This document shows, one piece after another, positions 34,028-43,585 of a DNA stretch of 64,000 nt. The number at the start of each line of letters is the position of its first letter. The stretch's first letter is position 1. A program made the position numbers and the translations under genes. Location: contig JASGJN010000026.1 of NCBI GenBank assembly GCA_049840735.1, positions 352,001-416,000 on the forward strand, given 5' to 3'. Source of the DNA: Anaeromyxobacter sp. (GTDB taxonomy: Bacteria; Myxococcota; Myxococcia; Myxococcales; Anaeromyxobacteraceae). The notes under the pieces were generated by a model, which did no database searches, had not been told where the DNA came from, and was given only the letters and a program-made list of their open reading frames with translations.

Positions 34028-35095
34028 ATGAAATTCGTCGACGAGGTGAAGATCTACGTGAAGGCCGGCGACGGCGGCGACGGCGCCGTGGCCTGGCGGC
34101 GGGAGAAGTTCATCCCCCGCGGCGGCCCGGCCGGCGGCGACGGCGGCAACGGCGGCGACGTGGTGCTGGTGGTCGACGCGCAGCTCTCCACGCTGCTCGA
34201 CTTCCGCTACGTGCGCGAGCACAAGGCCCGCAACGGCGAGAAGGGCCACGGCTCGGACATGAACGGCGTGGACGGCGCCGACCTGGAGCTGCGGGTCCCG
34301 CCGGGCACGGTGGTGAAGGACGCCGCCAGCGGCCAGGTGATCGTGGACCTGGGCACGCCCGGCCAGCGGTACGTGATCGCCAAGGGCGGCCGGGGCGGCC
34401 TGGGCAACATGAACTACGCCACCTCGACCAACCAGGCCCCGCGCTACGCCCAGGACGGCACCGACGGCGAGGAGAAGGACCTCATCCTCGAGCTGAAGCT
34501 GCTGGCCGACGTGGGCATCGTGGGCTTCCCCAACGCGGGCAAGTCCACGCTCATCAGCCGCATCTCGCGCGCCCGCCCGAAGATCGCCGACTACCCGTTC
34601 ACCACGCTGGTGCCGAACCTGGGCGTGGTCTCCTGGCGCGGCGAGCGGTCCTTCGTGGTGGCCGACATCCCCGGCCTGATCGAGGGCGCGCACACCGGCG
34701 CCGGGCTGGGCCACCAGTTCCTGCGCCACGTCGAGCGCTGCCGCGTGCTGGTCCACCTGGTCGAGGGCGCGAACCCCGAGCCCGGGCGCGAGCCCAGGGG
34801 CGACCTCGAGACCATCAACCGGGAGCTGGCGCTCTACTCGCCCGAGCTGGCGAAGAAGCCGCAGATCATCGCGGTCACCAAGGTGGACGTGCCCGAGGCC
34901 CGCGCCGCCGGCGAGAAGCTGGCCAAGCTGCTGGGCCGGCGCAAGAAGCCGGTGCCGGTGCACCTGGTGTCGGCGGTGACCGGCGAGGGGCTGCCCGAGC
35001 TGCTGGACGCGGTCGGCCGCGCACTCTACGAGGACGCCGTCCCGCGCCGCGGCGGCGGCGGCCGCAAGCTGGCCAAGCCGAGGGCCCGCACGTGA
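34028..35095 (+). CDS. obgE: GTPase ObgE/CgtA
   Basis: MKFVDEVKI, Gly-rich Obg fold, GFPNAGKST, YPFTTL, DIPG, TKVD. Confidence 0.97.
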   Translation: MKFVDEVKIYVKAGDGGDGAVAWRREKFIPRGGPAGGDGGNGGDVVLVVDAQLSTLLDFRYVREHKARNGEKGHGSDMNGVDGADLELRVPPGTVVKDAASGQVIVDLGTPGQRYVIAKGGRGGLGNMNYATSTNQAPRYAQDGTDGEEKDLILELKLLADVGIVGFPNAGKSTLISRISRARPKIADYPFTTLVPNLGVVSWRGERSFVVADIPGLIEGAHTGAGLGHQFLRHVERCRVLVHLVEGANPEPGREPRGDLETINRELALYSPELAKKPQIIAVTKVDVPEARAAGEKLAKLLGRRKKPVPVHLVSAVTGEGLPELLDAVGRALYEDAVPRRGGGGRKLAKPRART

Positions 35096-35796
35096 GCGGG
35101 CCGGGGCGCCCGGCCGATCCGCCCTCGGCCGACTTCCTCGTCCCGGAGCGCCGCGCGCGCATCGACCAGGTGGTGGCCGGGCGGACCCGGACGCTCACCG
35201 TGGTGATGGAGGCGTTCTGCGACCCGCAGAACGTCAACGCCGTCCTGCGCACCTGCGAGGCCTTCGGCGTCCAGGCGCTGCACGCGATCGAGGGGCCCAT
35301 GAAGCCCTTCGACCGCAACAAGAAGATCAGCCAGAACGCCGACAAGTGGCTGGAGGTGCACCGCTGGGAGTCCACCCGCGCGTGCCTGGAGCACCTCAAG
35401 GCCGAGGGCTTCGCCATCTACGTCACGCACCTGGGGCCGGGCTCGCGGCGGCTGCGCGAGCTCTCGTTCGCCGGCAAGGTGGCGCTGGTGTTCGGCAACG
35501 AGCACAGCGGCGTGTCGGACGAGGCGGTGGCGCTGGCCGACGCCAGCTACGCCATCCCCATGCGCGGGTTCGTGCAGTCGCTCAACGTGTCGGTGGCGGC
35601 CGCCATCTCCATCGCCACCGCGGTGGAGCAGCGCGAGGCCCAGCGCGGCCGGCATGGCGACCTCACCGAGGCCGAGCAGGCCGAGCTGCGCGAGCGGTTC
35701 TACGTCTCGGGCGTGAAGCAACGGACCCGGATCGCCAAGGCCCAGCACGCCGCCGAGCGGCGCGCGCGCTACGCGCGGCGGCGCGGGCAGGGCTGA
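35092..35796 (+). CDS. SpoU/TrmH family RNA 2'-O-methyltransferase
   Basis: DPQNVNAVLRTCEAFG, VFGNEHSGVS, IPMRGFVQSLNVSVA; GTG overlaps the obgE stop. Confidence 0.9.
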   Translation: MSGPGRPADPPSADFLVPERRARIDQVVAGRTRTLTVVMEAFCDPQNVNAVLRTCEAFGVQALHAIEGPMKPFDRNKKISQNADKWLEVHRWESTRACLEHLKAEGFAIYVTHLGPGSRRLRELSFAGKVALVFGNEHSGVSDEAVALADASYAIPMRGFVQSLNVSVAAAISIATAVEQREAQRGRHGDLTEAEQAELRERFYVSGVKQRTRIAKAQHAAERRARYARRRGQG

Positions 35797-35891
35797 GCCG
35801 CGCCCGTTACGGGCGCGTGACACACGGCCCGCGGCCGGCGTGGTGGCATCCCTCCTGAACCGGGGCCGACCCGGTGAAAGGAGTGGACCTC

Positions 35892-37043
35892 ATGACCCCG
35901 ACCCGCCTGAAGGCCTGGACCTGGACCGCCGCCCTCGCCGCGTCCCTCGCGCTCACCTCGCCGCCCGCCGGCGCCGCCCAGGCCCCGCCGGCGCACCCCC
36001 GCCCGGTGGTGCAGCTGGCGCTGCTCCTCGACACCTCGAACAGCATGGATGGGCTCATCGACCAGGCCCGGGTGCAGCTCTGGAAGGTGGTGAACACGCT
36101 GTCCGCGGCGCGCCGCGGCGGCGTACGGCCCGACCTGCGCATCGCGCTCTACGAGTACGGCAACGACGGCCTGCCCGCCGGCGGCCACTGGATCCGGCTG
36201 GTCACCCCGTTCACGTCCGACCTGGATCTCGTCAGCGAGCGGCTCTTCGCGCTCACCACCAACGGCGGCCAGGAGTACTGCGGCGCGGTCATCGACCGCG
36301 CGCTGCACGACCTCGACTGGTCGCGCTCCGCCGACGACCTGAAGCTGGTCTTCATCGCCGGCAACGAGCCGTTCACCCAGGGGCCGGTGGAGTTCCGCCG
36401 GGTGGTCCGGCAGGCCGCCTCGCGCGGGATCACCGTGAACACCATCCACTGCGGCCCCGAGGGCCTGGGGGTGGAGACCGGCTGGCGGGACGGCGCGCTG
36501 CTGTCCGGCGGGGCCTTCACCACCATCGACCAGGACCGCGTGGCGGTGGACCCGCCGGCGCCGCAGGACGCCGAGCTGGTCCGGCTCAACGAGCAGCTCA
36601 ACCGCACCTACCTGGCCTACGGCGCGCTCGGCAAGGCGTCGCAGGAGCGGCAGGCGGCGCAGGACGCGAACGCGGCCAAGATGTCGTCGAGCGCGCTCGC
36701 GGCGCGCACCAGCTCCAAGGCCGGCGCCTACTACACCAACTCCGGCTGGGACCTGGTGGACGGGGTCCGGGACGGGCGCGTGAAGCTGGAGGCGCTGAAG
36801 GCCGACGACCTCCCGGAGGAGCTGCGGAGGCTGCCCCCCGGCGAGCGGCGGGCGTACGTGGACGCCCGGGCCCGCGAGCGCGCCGCGCTGCAGCAGCGCA
36901 TCGCCGCGCTCTCGGTCGAGCGCGGCGCCTTCCTCGCGAAGGCCCGGGCCGCCGTGGCGGACGCCGGCCAGGGGACGCTGGACGCGGCCATGCTCCAGAC
37001 CGTCAAGGTCCAGGCGGCGAAGAAGCAGTACACTCTCGACTGA
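35892..37043 (+). CDS. Secreted VWA-domain protein
   Basis: Signal peptide; LLLDTSNSMDG (MIDAS DxSxS), IFIAGNE-like FIAGNE, VNTIHCG; helical C-terminus. Confidence 0.85.
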   Translation: MTPTRLKAWTWTAALAASLALTSPPAGAAQAPPAHPRPVVQLALLLDTSNSMDGLIDQARVQLWKVVNTLSAARRGGVRPDLRIALYEYGNDGLPAGGHWIRLVTPFTSDLDLVSERLFALTTNGGQEYCGAVIDRALHDLDWSRSADDLKLVFIAGNEPFTQGPVEFRRVVRQAASRGITVNTIHCGPEGLGVETGWRDGALLSGGAFTTIDQDRVAVDPPAPQDAELVRLNEQLNRTYLAYGALGKASQERQAAQDANAAKMSSSALAARTSSKAGAYYTNSGWDLVDGVRDGRVKLEALKADDLPEELRRLPPGERRAYVDARARERAALQQRIAALSVERGAFLAKARAAVADAGQGTLDAAMLQTVKVQAAKKQYTLD

Positions 37044-37047
37044 GCCC

Positions 37048-37746
37048 ATGCCCGCCCGGCGCATCCTGGTGATCGAGGACGACCCCGCCATCCGCCGCGG
37101 CGTGGTGGACGCGCTCCGGTTCGCCGGGCACCACCCCGTGGAGGCGGCCACGTTCCAGGACGGCCTGGCCGCGGCGCTGCGGCCCGGGGTGGACCTGCTG
37201 CTGGTGGACCGGGTGCTGCCGGGCGGCGATGGGCTGGACATCCTGGTGGAGGCGCGCAGCGCCCACCCGACCTTGCCGGCCATCGTCCTCACCGCCCGCG
37301 GGGCGGAGGGGGACCGCGTCCACGGGCTCACGCTGGGCGCGGACGACTACGTGGTGAAGCCGTTCTCCGCCCGCGAGCTCCTGGCGCGCGTGGAGGCGGT
37401 CCTGCGCCGCAGCGCCGAGCGCCCGGCGGACCTGACGCGGGTGGCCTTCGAGGGCGGCGAGGCCGAGCTGGGCAGCCGCGAGGTCCGGCTCACCGGCGGC
37501 GGCACCGCCGAGCTCTCCGAGCGCGAGGCCGAGCTGCTGCGCTACCTGGCGCGGGCCGAGGGCCGCCCCGTCTCCCGGGACGAGCTGCTGGAGCGCGTCT
37601 GGCACCTGCGGCCCCAGGGGGTCCACACCCGCACCGTGGACATGCACGTGGCGCGGCTCCGCGAGAAGCTGGGCGACGCGGCCGGGGAGCCGCGGGTGAT
37701 CGTCACGCTGCGGGGCAAGGGCTACCGCTTCCTGCGCAAGGCATGA
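37048..37746 (+). CDS. OmpR-family response regulator
   Basis: ILVIEDD, LVD..LPG.DG, GADDYVVKPF, RTVDMHVARLREKL, RGKGY. Confidence 0.95.
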   Translation: MPARRILVIEDDPAIRRGVVDALRFAGHHPVEAATFQDGLAAALRPGVDLLLVDRVLPGGDGLDILVEARSAHPTLPAIVLTARGAEGDRVHGLTLGADDYVVKPFSARELLARVEAVLRRSAERPADLTRVAFEGGEAELGSREVRLTGGGTAELSEREAELLRYLARAEGRPVSRDELLERVWHLRPQGVHTRTVDMHVARLREKLGDAAGEPRVIVTLRGKGYRFLRKA

Positions 37747-39383
37747 CCCGCCGCTGGCACCTCTGGGCGGTCTTCGCCCTCTGCCTGGCCGGGCTGCTCG
37801 CCGGCGTGGGCGGGATCAGCCTGGCCGCCCTCCGGCTCGACCGCGCGGAGGCGGAGGCGCGCCGGCAGGCGGCGCTGGAGCAGGACGTGCGGCTGGCGCT
37901 GTGGCGGCTGGACGCCGCGGTGGCGCCGCTGCTGGCCCGCGAGGGCGCGCGGCCGGCCCGGGCCTACGCGGCGGCCCTGCCGCTCCCGGAGCGCGTGCTG
38001 GCCCACTTCCAGCTGTCGCCCGGTGGCGAGCTGCGCTCGCCGCAGGGGGCCGCGGCCGCGCCGGTGCTGGAGGCGCTGCGGCCGCGGCTGGCGTGGCGTG
38101 GGCTCCTGGCGGCGCTCGGGCCGGTCCCGGCAGACCAGGCTTCGAAGGCCTCGCCGGCCGCGGCCGCGCCCGCGACCAAGCAGCGCCCCAGGGTCCTCTC
38201 CTTCGAGTCCGTCGAGTCGCGGAAGAGCGAATCGGAGTACCAGGCCCGACAGCGGCAGGTGACCGCGATGAACGTACAGGCGCTCCCGCCGGCGCCAGCC
38301 GCACCCTCGCGGCGGCCGGACCCGCCGCCGGCGCCCGCCGGGGAAGGCGTGATGACGCCGGTCTGGCTGGGGGATCGGCTGGTGCTGCTGCGCAGGGTGG
38401 GCGACGGGGAGGGGGCGCTCCAGGGCTGCGTGCTCGACTGGGAGCGGATCCGCGCCAGCCTGCTGCAGGAGGTGGTGGATTTCTTCCCGGACGCCAGGCT
38501 GGTGCCGGCGCCGGCGGCCGCAGCGCCCGGGCGCAGGCTGGCCGCGCTGCCGGTGGGGCTGGTCCCGGGGGCGCTCCCGTCCAGCCCGGCCGGCGACTCG
38601 CCGCTCTGGCCGGTGCTGGTGGCCACCTGGACGCTGGTGCTGCTGGCGTCTGGCGCGGTGCTGGCGCTGCTCCTGGGGGTGCAGCGGCTCTCCGAGCGGC
38701 GCGCGGCCTTCGTCTCGGCGGTGACCCACGAGCTGCGCACGCCGCTCACGACCTTCCGCCTCTACGTCGAGATGCTGGCGGACGGCATGGTCCCGGACGA
38801 GCGCCGGCGGCAGGAGTACCTGGAGACGCTGCGGCGGGAGGCGCTGCGCCTGGGGCACCTGGTCGAGAACGTGCTCGCCTTCGGCCGCGTGGAGCGGGGC
38901 AGGCTGGTCCGGCGCCCCGAGCCCCTGGGCCTGGCGGCGCTGCTCGCGCGGCACGGGGAGCGGCTGCGGGAGCGCGCCGCCGCGGCCGGCATGTCGCTCG
39001 AGGTCCAGGTCCCGGAGGAGCTGGTGGTCCTGGGCGAGCCGGGCGCCCTGGAGCAGATCCTGTTCAACCTGGTCGACAACGCCTGCAAGTACGCCGCGGG
39101 CGCGCAGGATCGCCGCATACAGCTGGCGGCCCGGCGCGAGGGCCCGCGCGTCCGGGTCACGGTGCGCGACTTCGGGCCCGGGATCGCGCGCCAGGACCGG
39201 CGCCGGCTCTTCGTCCCCTTCAGCCGGTCCGCGGCGCACGCGGCCGGCGCGGCGCCGGGCGTGGGGCTGGGGCTGGCGCTCTGCCGGTCCCTGGCGCGGA
39301 GCCTCCGCGGCTCGCTCGAGCTCGAGCCCGTGAGCGGGCCTGGCGCCTGCTTCGCGCTCCGGCTCCGGGCGGGCGGGTGCTGA
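37743..39383 (+). CDS. Sensor histidine kinase
   Basis: Two TM segments; THELRTPLT, NLVDNACKY, DFGPG, GVGLGL. Confidence 0.95.
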   Translation: MTRRWHLWAVFALCLAGLLAGVGGISLAALRLDRAEAEARRQAALEQDVRLALWRLDAAVAPLLAREGARPARAYAAALPLPERVLAHFQLSPGGELRSPQGAAAAPVLEALRPRLAWRGLLAALGPVPADQASKASPAAAAPATKQRPRVLSFESVESRKSESEYQARQRQVTAMNVQALPPAPAAPSRRPDPPPAPAGEGVMTPVWLGDRLVLLRRVGDGEGALQGCVLDWERIRASLLQEVVDFFPDARLVPAPAAAAPGRRLAALPVGLVPGALPSSPAGDSPLWPVLVATWTLVLLASGAVLALLLGVQRLSERRAAFVSAVTHELRTPLTTFRLYVEMLADGMVPDERRRQEYLETLRREALRLGHLVENVLAFGRVERGRLVRRPEPLGLAALLARHGERLRERAAAAGMSLEVQVPEELVVLGEPGALEQILFNLVDNACKYAAGAQDRRIQLAARREGPRVRVTVRDFGPGIARQDRRRLFVPFSRSAAHAAGAAPGVGLGLALCRSLARSLRGSLELEPVSGPGACFALRLRAGGC

Positions 39384-39456
39384 CCGGCGCGCACCCGGGC
39401 GCCGCGAGGGCGCGGCGGGGGGGCTCAGGGCCCAGCCGCCGCGCCGTGCGCAGGCG

Positions 39457-40551
39457 CTAGCGGCAGGTCCAGACGGTCCAGCGGTCCGTGCGGCCGCTGA
39501 TGGCGCCCGAGCTCTCGCCGCCGCCGTCGTTCCACAGGCCGTGGTTGCCGTTGGGCATCGTGCCGGTCCCGGTGAGATTGTACAGGCCGTAGTAGGTGCC
39601 GCCGCTGGCCCAGGCCAGCAGGCGGGGATCGGTGCTGGCGGTGGCCGGCGTCCCGTCCGCCGCCTGGCCGGAGCTCCAGGTGAGCCGGCCGCAGACGCGG
39701 GTGTTCGCGCTCTGCCAGGTGCTGTAGTTCTGGTTGAGCGTCACGCCGGTGGTCTCGTAGGGGTTGAGCTGCACCGGCGGATCGACCGTCGAGGACCGGT
39801 TCCAGCAGATCCAGCCGTACTGGAAGAGCTCGGCCAGCAGCCGCTGGCTGGGCCAGGAGCCGTTGGTGGCGGCGGTGCTCCGCCAGCCCTGCAGGATCGA
39901 GGAGCTGGTGGCGCTGCCGGCCACCATGCCGCCGGGCCGCTCGACGTAGTCGAACTCCAGGCGGCAGCCGCCGTAGCTCGCGCCGCCGACGGTGAGCTGG
40001 CCCTGCACCGCCACGTCCCCGGTGACGCTCAGGTCGCCGTCGATGGCGCCCCCCGTGGCGCCGACGTAGCGGCCGTCGTGGGCGTGATCCCCGGCCGCCA
40101 CCTGCCCGGCGCCGGTGCCGATCGGCAGCACGCTGGCGCTCAGGGTGCTGCTGGAGGCGTTGACGCGCGCGACGATCAGGTCGCCGCCCAGCTCGGGCAG
40201 GGTGAGCGTGATGGCGGCCTGGGCCGAGCCGGCGCTGCTGACGGCGCTCACCGCGTAGCTGCCGGAGCGGACGTCGGCCGGCAGGACCAGCTCGGCGCGG
40301 GTGGCTGTCTGGCTGCGCATCGTGGTGGCCAGCGGCTGCCCGCCGGCGTCGGTGACCGAGAGGGTCGCGCCGTCCAGCTTCGAGCCGGTGACCACCAGGC
40401 CGTCGGTGACGCGGCCCGGGTCGCCCGCGTCGTTGCCGGTGACGCTGGAGATGGTGGGCGCGGCGGCACCACCGTTCGAGGAGGAGGACGAGGAGCAGGC
40501 GACGGCCAGGAGGCAGGCCGCGACCGCCAGGAGGCGGACAGGGGTCGGCAT
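39457..40551 (-). CDS. Lipoprotein with Ig/IPT-like domain and tail-fibre-like segment
   Basis: LLAVAC lipobox; PTISSV...VTGSKL...GSYAVSAVS (Ig-like); AAGDHAHDGRYV..TGG.I.GDLSVTG. Confidence 0.7.
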   Translation of the reverse strand: MPTPVRLLAVAACLLAVACSSSSSSNGGAAAPTISSVTGNDAGDPGRVTDGLVVTGSKLDGATLSVTDAGGQPLATTMRSQTATRAELVLPADVRSGSYAVSAVSSAGSAQAAITLTLPELGGDLIVARVNASSSTLSASVLPIGTGAGQVAAGDHAHDGRYVGATGGAIDGDLSVTGDVAVQGQLTVGGASYGGCRLEFDYVERPGGMVAGSATSSSILQGWRSTAATNGSWPSQRLLAELFQYGWICWNRSSTVDPPVQLNPYETTGVTLNQNYSTWQSANTRVCGRLTWSSGQAADGTPATASTDPRLLAWASGGTYYGLYNLTGTGTMPNGNHGLWNDGGGESSGAISGRTDRWTVWTCR

Positions 40552-40791
40552 CGGGTGGATCTCCAGAGCTTGGGAGGGCAGCACCCGGAGCATGACACGT
40601 ACGGAGTGTCTGGAAAGAAATTCTTTACACTGAGTCAAGGTGTCGCGCGGCCAGGCCCGCGCGAGCCACCTCCCGCCCGCCCGGCCGCCTGTGCCCGATC
40701 AGGCGCCGCCGGGTCGGGCGGTACCCGCGCCCGGGATCCCGGGGGCGCATTTCGGGTTTCCAGTGCTGGTGGCCGGGCGTATCTCAGCCGC

Positions 40792-42228
40792 ATGCGCTTC
40801 CTCCACCCCGAGCACGACGAGCAGCTGGAGCTCTCCCTCGAGGACGTGTTCCTCGTCCCCAACTGCTTCGAGGGCACCTCCCGCCTGGACGTGGACCTCC
40901 GCCCGCCCGACTTCGCCGGCGGGTCGCACCCGGTGGTCTCGGCCAACATGAACGCCGTCACCGGCAAGCGGATGGCGGAGACCATGGCCCGCTTCGGCGG
41001 CCTGGGCGTGCTGCCCCAGGACATGGAGCTCGACACCGCGGCGCGGATCATCCAGCACATCAAGGCGGCCGATCCGCGCTACGACACGCCGCTCTCGGTC
41101 TCGCCGCGGGCCACGCTCCGCGACGTGGCCGGCATCATCCGCAAGCGCGCCCACGACCTGGTGGTGGTGGTGGACGACGAGCGGCGCCCGGTGGGCATCA
41201 TCACCCACGCCGACCTGCGCGACCGGGACCAGTACACCCCGGCCAGCGCGCTCATGTCCTCGCGCATGGTGACGGTCCCGGTGGGCATCTCCAACCGCGA
41301 CGCCTTCCTGCTCATGGAGGAGCACCGGGTGAAGGCGGTGCCGGTGCTGGACGCGGCCGGCCGGCTCTACGGGATCCTGACCCGCGACGACGCCGTCCGC
41401 CTGGAGCTGCTCAAGCCCTCGCTCGACGGCCAGGGCAAGCTGATGGTGGCCGCCGCGGTGGGCATCTCCTCCTCCACGGAGAACGCGGCGGTGCGGCTGG
41501 TGAAGGAGGGCGTCTCCTGCCTGGTGCTGGACACCGCCCACGGCCACCAGCGCCGCATGATCGAGGCCATCCGTGCGGTGCGCCGCGCGGTGGGCGAGGC
41601 GCTCCCCCTCGTGGCGGGCAACGTCTGCACCGCCGAGGGGACCGCGGCCCTGCTGGAGGCGGGCGCCAGCGTGGTGAAGGTGAACGTCGGGCCGGGCGCC
41701 ATGTGCACCACCCGCATGCAGACCGGGGCCGGGCGGCCGACCTTCAGCTCGGTGCTGGCCTGCGCCCGCGAGGCCCACCGCCGCGGCGGGCACGTCTGGG
41801 CGGACGGCGGCGTGCAGCACCCGCGCGACGTGGCGCTCTACCTGGCCGCCGGCGCCGCCCGCGTCATGATCGGCACCGCGCTCTCCGGCACCTACGAGAG
41901 CCCGGGCGACGTGAAGGAGGATCGCGAGGGGCGGCTCTACAAGGAGAACTACGGCATGGCCAGCGCCCGGGCGGTGAGCGACCGGACCGCCGGCCTGGAC
42001 GCCTTCGAGCGCGCCAAGAAGGGGTTCTTCCGCGAGGGCATCTCCACCTCCCGCATCTACATCAGGGAGGGGCGCGAGAGCGCCGCCGGCTTCCTGGTGG
42101 ACGTCATCACCGGCGTGCAGTCGTCCTTCACCTACGTGGGCGCGCGCGGCTGGGAGGCCTTCCACCGGCAGGCCGTGGTGGGCGTGCAGACCCCCGGCGG
42201 CTACGGGGAGGGGAAGCCGAGGCCGTAG
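40792..42228 (+). CDS. GuaB1-type IMPDH/GMP reductase family protein with CBS pair
   Basis: DVFLVP, ANMNAVTG, CBS domains, DTAHGH, VGPGAMCTTRMQTG, WADGG, GMAS, EGIST. Confidence 0.88.
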   Translation: MRFLHPEHDEQLELSLEDVFLVPNCFEGTSRLDVDLRPPDFAGGSHPVVSANMNAVTGKRMAETMARFGGLGVLPQDMELDTAARIIQHIKAADPRYDTPLSVSPRATLRDVAGIIRKRAHDLVVVVDDERRPVGIITHADLRDRDQYTPASALMSSRMVTVPVGISNRDAFLLMEEHRVKAVPVLDAAGRLYGILTRDDAVRLELLKPSLDGQGKLMVAAAVGISSSTENAAVRLVKEGVSCLVLDTAHGHQRRMIEAIRAVRRAVGEALPLVAGNVCTAEGTAALLEAGASVVKVNVGPGAMCTTRMQTGAGRPTFSSVLACAREAHRRGGHVWADGGVQHPRDVALYLAAGAARVMIGTALSGTYESPGDVKEDREGRLYKENYGMASARAVSDRTAGLDAFERAKKGFFREGISTSRIYIREGRESAAGFLVDVITGVQSSFTYVGARGWEAFHRQAVVGVQTPGGYGEGKPRP

Positions 42229-42239
42229 CGCGGGGGGGC

Positions 42240-43457
42240 CTAAAGCCCGAACCGCTCGCGCTGCGCCAGGAAGTTCTGCCTCAGCTCGTCCTCGGTGAGC
42301 GCGCGGTCGTACATGCGGACGATGGCGTAGCGCGACCCGGCCGGCCACAGGGCCGCGCCGTCGTTGGTCTGCGCGCCCAGCCGGAGCAGGTGGGGCGCGT
42401 CGGCGTCGAGGGTGCCCCAGGCGTCCACGGTGAAGTCCGGGTCGTCGTGCGGGAACCTGCTCCCGTCGCGCAGCGTGAAGCCGGTGCCGGCCACGGTGTC
42501 CACGCTGATGGCGAGCTGCTGCCAGCGGTCCATGGCGACGAGCCGCTTGCTGGGGGTCTGGAGCTCCGGCGCGGGCGCATCGACGCCGAAGCCGCCCAGC
42601 GCGCCCTCCAGGAACCAGCGGAAGCCGGTGGTCCCGAGGTTGTCGGTGGTGCCCAGCGCGATGAAGTAGGCGTCCGGGCTGGGCACCACGTAGACCCACA
42701 GCTCGATGGTGAAGCGCGCGCCGGGCCGGTGGATGGCGTTCACGAAGGCGCCGTTGGCGCCGTGCTTGGTGAACCAGGCGCTGCCCATCACGAAGCTGCC
42801 GGCGTCGAAGGCGGGATCGCGGTCGTCCGCGCCCGGACCCCGGCCCAGGTCGAAGTCGTTGGCGTGGCCGCTCAGGTCGAGCCAGAGAATCGCCGGTGCC
42901 CGGGTAGGAGGAGGCGTCACCGGCGTCGAGGTGCACCTGCAGGCCGCTGGTGGCCAGCACGGCGGGCAGGTCGTCGAACCGGGTGGCGCCGGCCACGTCG
43001 GCGGCCGAGGCGGGGTGCGCGCTGACCACGCGGCTGACCGCGCCGCCGCTGGCGTAGGTGAGCGCGGCCGTGTCGCCGCTTCTCGCCACGGTGAGGGTGC
43101 CGGCGCTGGTGGCGACCGTGAGGCCCTCCACCGCAGTGACCGCGAGGTCGTCGCGGGTGTCGTAGGTGACGATGGCGAGCGCCGGGAGCTCGGTGCCGCG
43201 GTCGAAGAACCGGGCGCGGCGGTAGGTGCGCACGCGCGCGCCGGTGATTCGACGAAGAGGTCCTCCTGCCGCGTCACCGTCCCGTCCTCGGTGGTGTCCA
43301 CCGGGAAGCTCGCCTGGCTCGCCGGCGAGGTGGTCTCGACGTGGAAGGCCCGGTAGACGCCGAGCGCCGAGGGCGAGGGGGCACCGCCGCCGTCGCCGCA
43401 GGAGGCGAGCGGGCCGGCGAGGGCGAGCAGCAGCAGGGCGAGCAGGGCGCGGCGCAT
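42240..43457 (-). CDS. LamG/concanavalin-like lipoprotein (two compensating apparent frameshifts near 43248 and 42889)
   Basis: PLASC lipobox; HLDAGDASSYPGTG..W.DLSG..N, FTIELWV, VRMYDRALTEDELRQNF. Confidence 0.75.
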   Translation of the reverse strand: MRRALLALLLLALAGPLASCGDGGGAPSPSALGVYRAFHVETTSPASQASFPVDTTEDGTVTRQEDLFVESPARACAPTAAPGSSTAAPSSRRSPSSPTTPATTSRSLRWRASRSPPAPAPSPWREAATRPRSPTPAAARSAAWSARTPPRPPTWPAPPGSTTCPPCWPPAACRCTSTPVTPPPTRAPAILWLDLSGHANDFDLGRGPGADDRDPAFDAGSFVMGSAWFTKHGANGAFVNAIHRPGARFTIELWVYVVPSPDAYFIALGTTDNLGTTGFRWFLEGALGGFGVDAPAPELQTPSKRLVAMDRWQQLAISVDTVAGTGFTLRDGSRFPHDDPDFTVDAWGTLDADAPHLLRLGAQTNDGAALWPAGSRYAIVRMYDRALTEDELRQNFLAQRERFGL

Positions 43458-43534
43458 GGTGATCCCGGAGAGAGGGGAAAGGGGCGGGACCCTACCATCG
43501 GTCCGGGTCCGGCGGAACCGCCGGGGGCCCCGAT

Positions 43535-43567
43535 CCGTTCGCCCTGAGCCCGTCGAAGGGCGACCGG
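43535..43567 (+). repeat. Short REP-like element
   Basis: CCGTTCGCCCTGAGCCCGTCGAAGGGCGACCGG. Confidence 0.85.
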
Positions 43568-43585
43568 GAGCCGTCGGTGCCGCGC

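Noticed and set aside
35843..35860. Sigma54 promoter before the VWA gene (TGGCATCCCTCCTGA)
   Set aside because: The -12 element is GA rather than the near-invariant GC.
39457..40551. Prophage remnant suggested by the fibre-like motifs
   Set aside because: There are no integrase, capsid, terminase or tail genes nearby, and the protein has a host lipoprotein signal.
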